DNA from: Acaryochloris thomasi RCC1774
Lineage (GTDB): Bacteria > Cyanobacteriota > Cyanobacteriia > Thermosynechococcales > Thermosynechococcaceae
Direction: 5' to 3'
Assembly: GCF_003231495.1 (NCBI RefSeq)
Contig: NZ_PQWO01000018.1
Location: 1 to 32,000, forward strand
DNA: 32,000 nucleotides
This document shows, piece by piece, positions 26,575 to 32,000 of this stretch; position 1 is the first letter of the stretch, and the number at the start of each line of letters is the position of its first letter. The position numbers and the translations under genes are program-made. The notes under the pieces were generated by a model. It searched no databases, had not been told where the DNA came from, and saw only the letters and a program-made list of their open reading frames with translations.

Positions 26575-27153
26575 TTAGTACCAGAAACCAGAAAGTTTCA
26601 GCACAAAACCCGGCAAAAGAGGATCGCCAGAAAGCTGGTTGGGCTGTCGTAAAACTTGCTTGTGCAGACCCGGTCGATAAACTTCAACCTGTCTGGTGCA
26701 GAAATTCATGAGCCAGCCCAACTGCACGCCATTGTCTGCATACTCTTGCATCTTGGCTTGCACCTCGGCCATATCTTCTTTGCGCGAGATCAGTTCCATC
26801 ACAAAATCAGGAGCCAGAGAGGGAAAATTTTGACGTTCTGAGAGAGGGAGCTGATTCCACCGTTCTCCATGAATCCATGCCAAACCAGGGGAACGAGCTG
26901 CACCGTTAGGCAAGTGAAAGCTAGTAGAGGAATCAAAAACGGTTCCTAACTGATGGCGTTCATTCCAAATGCCGATCTGAATCAAGAGATGGGCTTTCCG
27001 CCTTCCTATCGCTTCATCCGTCGGGTCGCAGACAACTAAGTCTCCCTGCGCAGTGCGTTCAAGCTGCCATTGAGGATTAGCCCGACAGAGATCATAGAAC
27101 TGATCGGAGGTGAGAGTCGCTGTGGCAGGCATTTTAAGAGTGGATAGGGGCAT
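26575..27153 (-). CDS. Uma2-family (DUF820) PD-(D/E)xK endonuclease
   Basis: LTSDQFYDLCRANPQWQLERTAQGDLVV..P, then PDFVMELIS and VQLGWLMNFCTRQVEVYRP follow the typical Uma2 pattern, a family highly expanded in cyanobacteria. Confidence 0.85.
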   Translation of the reverse strand: MPLSTLKMPATATLTSDQFYDLCRANPQWQLERTAQGDLVVCDPTDEAIGRRKAHLLIQIGIWNERHQLGTVFDSSTSFHLPNGAARSPGLAWIHGERWNQLPLSERQNFPSLAPDFVMELISRKEDMAEVQAKMQEYADNGVQLGWLMNFCTRQVEVYRPGLHKQVLRQPNQLSGDPLLPGFVLKLSGFWY

Positions 27154-27341
27154 GGCAGAATCTATCTGGAACTTAAGGGTATCTTAGCGCTTGTTTCGGA
27201 TCTCTCTTCAGATCGTCTTGATATCGTGACTCTTGTGAAGCTTGCTTAATTCACGGCTTACAGTGAAAAATGGATAAGATAAAGTCGATTGCCACAGCAG
27301 GTGCTGTCGGGCATGAGGCCAACCCAGATTAGGAGAGCACG

Positions 27342-28790
27342 GTGGCGCAGAATCAAAGCTTTGACTATGACTTAGTAATTATTGGAGCAGGCGTTGGTGG
27401 CCACGGAGCAGCCCTCCATGCCGTTGAGTGTGGCCTCAAAACAGCCATTATTGAAGCGGCTGATATGGGTGGTACCTGCGTTAATCGTGGCTGCATTCCG
27501 TCTAAGGCGCTACTTGCAGCCTCCGGTCGAGTGCGAGAACTGCGCGATCAGCATCATCTCAAGTCCCTTGGCATCCAATTGGGACAGGTGAATTTTGACC
27601 GAGATGCGATCGCATCTCACGCCAGCAACCTTGTCGATACGCTACGCGGCAACCTCACCAACAGTCTCACACGTCTCAAGGTAGATATCATCGAAGGCTG
27701 GGGCAAAGTCGCGGGGCATCAAAAGGTCTCCGTCAAAACGAACGATGGCGAGAAAACCATTACCGCCCAAAATATCATCGTTGCCAGTGGTTCAATCCCT
27801 TGGGTACCGCCCGGAGTAGAAGTCGATGGCAAAACCGTTTTCACCAGCGATGACGCTATCAAGCTCGACTGGCTTCCAGACTGGGTTGCGATTATCGGTA
27901 GCGGCTACATTGGTCTTGAATTCTCAGATGTCTACACGGCCCTTGGGTCAGAGGTCACCATCATTGAAGCGATGGACAAGCTAATGCCGACCTTCGACCC
28001 CGATATCGCCAAGCTTGCCAAACGGATGCTGATCGATCCCCGTGATATCGATACCCACACCGGCACCCTCGCCATGAAAGTGACGCCTGGTTCCCCCGTC
28101 GTGATTGAATTAGCCGATGCTAAAACAAAAGAAGTTGTAGATGTATTGGAAGTCGATGCCTGTCTAGTTGCGACGGGTCGGATCCCCGCAACGAAGAATC
28201 TTGGCTTTGATGCCGTCAGTGTCGAAACCGACAAACGTGGATTTATCCCCGTCAACGATCGCATGGAAGTCCTCAACCAAGGTGAACCTGTTCCTAATCT
28301 GTACGCCATTGGTGACGCCACAGGCAAAATGATGCTGGCCCATGCTGCCTCTGCTCAGGGCATTGTTGCCGTTGAGAACATGTGCGGTCGTCATCGGGAG
28401 GCTAATTACAACAGTATCCCTGCGGCTGCCTTTACCCACCCAGAGATCAGCTTCGTCGGTATGACCGAACCGCAGGCGAAAGAGAAAGCTGATGCCGAAG
28501 GATTCAAAATCAAAACGGTGCGCTCCTATTTCAAAGCTAACTCTAAGGCGCTCGCTGAAAGTGAGTCCGACGGCATCGCTAAAATCATCTTTCGAGAAGA
28601 TACTGGCGAAATTTTAGGGGGTCACATTATTGGTCTCCATGCAGCAGATTTGATCCATGAGGTCTCAAATGCTGTCGCTCAGGGTGAACCGGTTCAGGCG
28701 TTAGCCAACTTGGTTCATACCCATCCCACCATCTCAGAAGTCATTGATGAAGCCTATAAGCGGGCTGCTGCAGGGCTGGCCCACGCCTAG
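27342..28790 (+). CDS. lpdA: Dihydrolipoyl dehydrogenase (E3)
   Basis: [19 protein letters not shown]...[16 protein letters not shown] is the redox-active disulfide. There is a second Rossmann fold ([11 protein letters not shown]) and a C-terminal HTHPTISE dimerisation motif. GTG start preceded by AGGAG. Confidence 0.95.
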   Translation: MAQNQSFDYDLVIIGAGVGGHGAALHAVECGLKTAIIEAADMGGTCVNRGCIPSKALLAASGRVRELRDQHHLKSLGIQLGQVNFDRDAIASHASNLVDTLRGNLTNSLTRLKVDIIEGWGKVAGHQKVSVKTNDGEKTITAQNIIVASGSIPWVPPGVEVDGKTVFTSDDAIKLDWLPDWVAIIGSGYIGLEFSDVYTALGSEVTIIEAMDKLMPTFDPDIAKLAKRMLIDPRDIDTHTGTLAMKVTPGSPVVIELADAKTKEVVDVLEVDACLVATGRIPATKNLGFDAVSVETDKRGFIPVNDRMEVLNQGEPVPNLYAIGDATGKMMLAHAASAQGIVAVENMCGRHREANYNSIPAAAFTHPEISFVGMTEPQAKEKADAEGFKIKTVRSYFKANSKALAESESDGIAKIIFREDTGEILGGHIIGLHAADLIHEVSNAVAQGEPVQALANLVHTHPTISEVIDEAYKRAAAGLAHA

Positions 28791-29001
28791 CTTTTCATTG
28801 GCTGAGTGAACTTCTTGAATGAAGCTGTTATGGCTGCACGCCTGTCAGGATGCGTACTAACATAATAAAAACTGACAGAAGTATATTCTTGCGAATGTTC
28901 CTCTGCGCTGTATAGAGATGCTCACTGATTGTGAAGCAAATCCTCCTGATGCTTGTGTGCAATCGCGATTACTTCAGTTCAACATCATCATAGAAGGCTG
29001 A

Positions 29002-30573
29002 TTGATGATTCAACGTTCATCCTCTACCAATTCTGACGGATTCGATTTATCCTACGAAGACTTATTCCCCTCAGAGACAGATGCTGATCTGGCCCTTCTG
29101 GAGGAAACGACAGATTCGCCTATGTTGGAACAGGAACGTCCAAGAAGTCCACACACCCCTCAAGCTCCTCCTTCTGTCCGCGACTCAGGGCTGTGGACTA
29201 AGGTGGTTTTACTTGCGATCGCAAGCATGTTGCCGATCTTAGCGATTGGGGCCGCCACCTACAACTTTGGCGCTCAAGAGCTTGCCAGCCGCACCCGTCA
29301 AACCAGCGATACGAGAACATCAGACCCCGCCACAGAACGACAGAAGCAAAAGCTGTTGTTCACTCTGATTACCGGCACCGGTGCCCTCGCGCTGTTAACC
29401 GGTGCGATTGTCGCCTATCTTGCCCAACGTTCAATGCGTTCAGCAATCGATACCTCCCGCCCGAATCTTTCCCAAACAGTACAAGAAACCCTGTCAGAGC
29501 GCCTCCAGGTTGCAACTACCACCTTTGACAACATCTATGACAAGCTCAGCGAAGAAGAGATCTACGCCAGTACTGTCAAAGACGTGCGTCAGGTTCTAGA
29601 GCTTGACCGCGTCATTGTTTATGGCCTCAATGAAAGTCTCAAAGAAGTCGTCGTTTCTGAAGACGTTTCCCCCGATTGGACCCCATCCATAGGTGCCTAT
29701 ATTCCAGACCCATGCTTCGAGACTCGCTACATAGAGCGATATCGCAACGGTCGAGTTAAGGCCATCAACGATATCTATACTGAAGGCCTATCTCCTTGCT
29801 ACATCGAGCAGCTCGAAGCCCTAGACGTTAGAGGGCTCGTCGTTGCTCCCATTGTCAGCAATGATAACCTCCAGGGTCTCCTGATCGGTCATCAATGTGC
29901 AGCCTCTAGAACTTGGCAAGATTTTGAAGTGCAGTGGTTTAAACAAATTGCAGCCCAAGTCGGATTCACGATTGCGAATCTCAAACTTTCCGCCAAGCAC
30001 GAAAGTCTGCAACAGCAGGCCAACACCCAAGTCAAGTGGATGCAGTTGTTTACAGAAACCGTCCAAAAAATCTGGACCCTGGACGAACCCAACGAAATCT
30101 TTAATACAACCGTTCGTCACGTTCGTAATGTGCTTGATGCTGACCGCGTGATTGTTTACGGATTGAGCGAACAAGCACAAGAAGTTGTGATTGCCGAATC
30201 TATCGTTCCAGATTGGCCCAGCGCCCTCAGCACTCATATTCCCGATCCTTGCTTTCAAGCCAGATATCTTGAGAGATATCAAAAGGGGCGCGTTAAGGCC
30301 ATTGAAGATATTTACAAGGCCAATCTGTCTCCCTGCTATATTGAGCAGCTTGCTTCATTAAAAGTCAAAGCACTTTTGACTGCACCGATCGTCCAGCAGG
30401 ATCAGTTAGTGGGCCTCTTAATTGCTCATCAGTGCTACGGTGCGCGGGCTTGGCAAGAATTTGAGATTCAGTGGTTTACACAAATTGCTGCCCAGGTCGG
30501 TCTAGCTCTCGACAAAGCTCAAAACCTAGCAGTCCGTCCGACAGAACAATATCCTGTCACTGATTGGGTCTAA
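29002..30573 (+). CDS. Two-TM membrane protein with two tandem CBCR-like (DXCF-type) GAF domains and no output domain
   Basis: The TM helices are VVLLAIASMLPILAIGAATY and LLFTLITGTGALALLTGAIVAYL. GAF1 spans ~29560-29990 and GAF2 ~30085-30520. Each carries DRVIVYGL..PDW..IPDPCF..RY.ERY..GRVKAI.DIY...LSPCYIEQL...GLLI.HQC...R.WQ.FE.QWF.QIAAQVG. Confidence 0.85.
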   Translation: MMIQRSSSTNSDGFDLSYEDLFPSETDADLALLEETTDSPMLEQERPRSPHTPQAPPSVRDSGLWTKVVLLAIASMLPILAIGAATYNFGAQELASRTRQTSDTRTSDPATERQKQKLLFTLITGTGALALLTGAIVAYLAQRSMRSAIDTSRPNLSQTVQETLSERLQVATTTFDNIYDKLSEEEIYASTVKDVRQVLELDRVIVYGLNESLKEVVVSEDVSPDWTPSIGAYIPDPCFETRYIERYRNGRVKAINDIYTEGLSPCYIEQLEALDVRGLVVAPIVSNDNLQGLLIGHQCAASRTWQDFEVQWFKQIAAQVGFTIANLKLSAKHESLQQQANTQVKWMQLFTETVQKIWTLDEPNEIFNTTVRHVRNVLDADRVIVYGLSEQAQEVVIAESIVPDWPSALSTHIPDPCFQARYLERYQKGRVKAIEDIYKANLSPCYIEQLASLKVKALLTAPIVQQDQLVGLLIAHQCYGARAWQEFEIQWFTQIAAQVGLALDKAQNLAVRPTEQYPVTDWV

Positions 30574-30595
30574 AAGGTAGTGAGATATTGCAGCC

Positions 30596-31198
30596 TCAAT
30601 TAATCCAGGGAATTGTGGAATCTTTCGGTGCTGCCTTTTCTTGAGATGATTGATCAGCAGAGTCAGCGACATGAATGAACAAAGGTGCAGGTTGTCCGTT
30701 CTGCTCCAGAGCCTGTTTCTGTTTGCCCCGTTTAACCTGCTTTCTCTGAGACTGGCTGCGTGGGCGCCGAATGAAGGGCTGCTCTGATTCCTTCCCTGGA
30801 TACAGAGATTCTAAGAAGAAATCTAGTGTTTGCTGCTTAAGCCATCCATGCAGAACGGCTAGCGAACCAAACCGATACCCACTTTGCTGTTGCTCTTTGA
30901 GAATAGATGCAACCTGAGCTTCGTCTAAAAGCCTTGCTTGCTGCAGGTAGCTACCCAGCGCATCCTTGGAAGACTCTTTTATCAGCACTTGCCACTGCTC
31001 AGCAAAGAAATCGGCCGTCTCCTGCTTTAGCCAACCTCTGAGAGCAAGAATCTCGCCAAATCGCAACTCCATATGTTGTTGCTGATCGTGCAAAGCAACC
31101 TCAATCTGAGACTGAGAAATAAGATGAGCTTTGTGCAAGAGTTCGCCCAATCTTTGATGTAGCAGCAAGCGGGGAACAAGCGTGGCAGACTTTGACAT
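30596..31198 (-). CDS. Hypothetical protein with two T2SSE_N/MshEN-like repeats and a basic, disordered C-terminal tail
   Basis: There is an internal duplication: RLGELLHKAHLISQSQIEVALHDQQQHMELRFGEILALRGWLKQETADFF versus ALGSYLQQARLLDEAQVASILKEQQQSGYRFGSLAVLHGWLKQQTLDFF. Both resemble the GspE-N/MshEN LGxxLLxxGLIxxxQLxxALxxQ pattern. Confidence 0.5.
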   Translation of the reverse strand: MSKSATLVPRLLLHQRLGELLHKAHLISQSQIEVALHDQQQHMELRFGEILALRGWLKQETADFFAEQWQVLIKESSKDALGSYLQQARLLDEAQVASILKEQQQSGYRFGSLAVLHGWLKQQTLDFFLESLYPGKESEQPFIRRPRSQSQRKQVKRGKQKQALEQNGQPAPLFIHVADSADQSSQEKAAPKDSTIPWIN

Positions 31199-31324
31199 AG
31201 ACCAAAAGCAAGTGTAATGGACTGTAGCTAAAGCATGAAACGAAATGAGATCGTCCGCCTCTTACTATACCAAATCCTTCCTATCCTCTAGCATCGAGCT
31301 ATCAGGCCTAAAAATATAGCAATA

Positions 31325-31408
31325 TACGTACTGATTAGGACATGAAAACGGCTGAAACCCATTTGTGCGAAGGAAAGGACTGTCCTGATTCAGCCGGGGA
31401 CTGCTATA
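31325..31408 (-). repeat. Copy A of the ~80-nt intergenic repeat; its partner is at 892-975
   Basis: The reverse complement aligns to 892-975 at about 80% identity. It lies ~125-210 nt upstream of, and in the same orientation as, the 30596-31198 gene. Confidence 0.6.
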
Positions 31409-31487
31409 AGCCCCCAACCCAAGTCGCCCGCTCCTGTATAGGCTTGAACAAAGCTCATCAACCTGATGCATGTCGACCTGCCGCAGG

Positions 31488-32000
31488 CTACTGCCACCCG
31501 GACAAATGAGTCAGTGCCCGCTCCTGTTCCGCCTGAGAAATTGTTCGCACTGCGGGAGCGCTGTTGGGAGATGATCGTGGAAGATCGCCATCAATAGCTT
31601 GACTTGACGGTAAGGATTCCTCCACAGACATATGTAGACCTTCTCCTTTCATAACCAAAACTGAGCAGGGGGCGTGATGCATGACGAAGTTACTGACGCT
31701 GCCCAGCAGTAGCTCACTGAGGCCCGCACGTCCTCGACTCCCCATACAGATTAAATCAGCGCCCCAAGACTGGCCGATTTCACAGATCAGATGCCCTGCG
31801 GCCCCAGAAGTTTGGGTTACTTCAGCCTGTACACCTGCTTGTCGTGCCTGCTCTGCAAAGGTTTGCAGGCGATTCAGCTCGCGTTTTTCATAGGACTCCC
31901 ATTGGTGACGATAGGTCTCTAGCGGCAGGTCAGACAAGCCTGGATAGTAGTGAAGACTAGGAATTGCAGGGAATTCAGGATATCCCTCTTCCTCCATCGA
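31488..32000 (-). CDS. Universal stress protein (UspA family), 5' partial; the ORF is open to the window edge
   Basis: ADLICMGSRGRAGLSELLLGSVSNFVMHHAPCSVLVMK is the USP ATP-binding C-terminal motif (G-2x-G-9x-G(S/T)). The frame stays open at 32000, and an unusual ~45-aa C-terminal extension follows the domain. Confidence 0.85.
   Translation of the reverse strand, partial: SMEEEGYPEFPAIPSLHYYPGLSDLPLETYRHQWESYEKRELNRLQTFAEQARQAGVQAEVTQTSGAAGHLICEIGQSWGADLICMGSRGRAGLSELLLGSVSNFVMHHAPCSVLVMKGEGLHMSVEESLPSSQAIDGDLPRSSPNSAPAVRTISQAEQERALTHLSGWQ

Noticed and set aside
31265-31471. 68-aa minus-strand ORF covering repeat copy A.
   Set aside because: The homologous copy at 892-975 has a stop codon and a frame-breaking indel in the equivalent frame. 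The ORF is therefore probably a by-product of the repeat rather than a gene.
1-32000. CRISPR arrays or cas genes.
   Set aside because: I saw no regularly spaced 25-40 nt direct repeats and no Cas-like ORFs anywhere in the window.

Overview
The window is a cyanobacterial chromosomal segment. Evidence: a psbA 3' end, a CRR6-like gene, a DUF2808 gene, a Uma2 nuclease, a ValRS carrying a CAAD-type membrane insertion, and about 16 copies of the HIP1 octamer GCGATCGC. I saw no rRNA, tRNA or CRISPR array. Most genes are housekeeping: psbA, remA-like, valS, prxQ/bcp, a group-3 sigma factor, cbiA/cobB, a fur-family regulator, lpdA, a selD fusion, an MFS transporter and an M23 peptidase. Six things deserve a second look. 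(1) At 6.2-10.5 kb on the minus strand there is a four-gene partner-switching c-di-GMP module resembling Pseudomonas SiaABCD. Its phosphatase carries an MHYT sensor domain, its gene order is A-D-B-C, and an ISAs1-type transposase remnant interrupts it. (2) At 29.0-30.6 kb there is a membrane-anchored protein made of two tandemly duplicated GAF domains and no output domain. Each GAF has a DPCF motif and a second Cys 28 residues later, which is the layout of DXCF cyanobacteriochromes, but the pair is Cys-Tyr instead of Cys-His. (3) Next to it is a protein built from two T2SSE_N/MshEN-like repeats, a possible c-di-GMP receptor. (4) An intergenic element of about 80 nt occurs twice in inverted orientation, at 892-975 and 31325-31408. 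(5) There is a small toxin-antitoxin islet with intact hicA, frameshifted hicB and a BrnA-like remnant. (6) There are two domain-fusion enzymes, GT2+GT-C and FAD-oxidoreductase+SelD. All protein calls come from reading the supplied translations against remembered family motifs. No database search was run.
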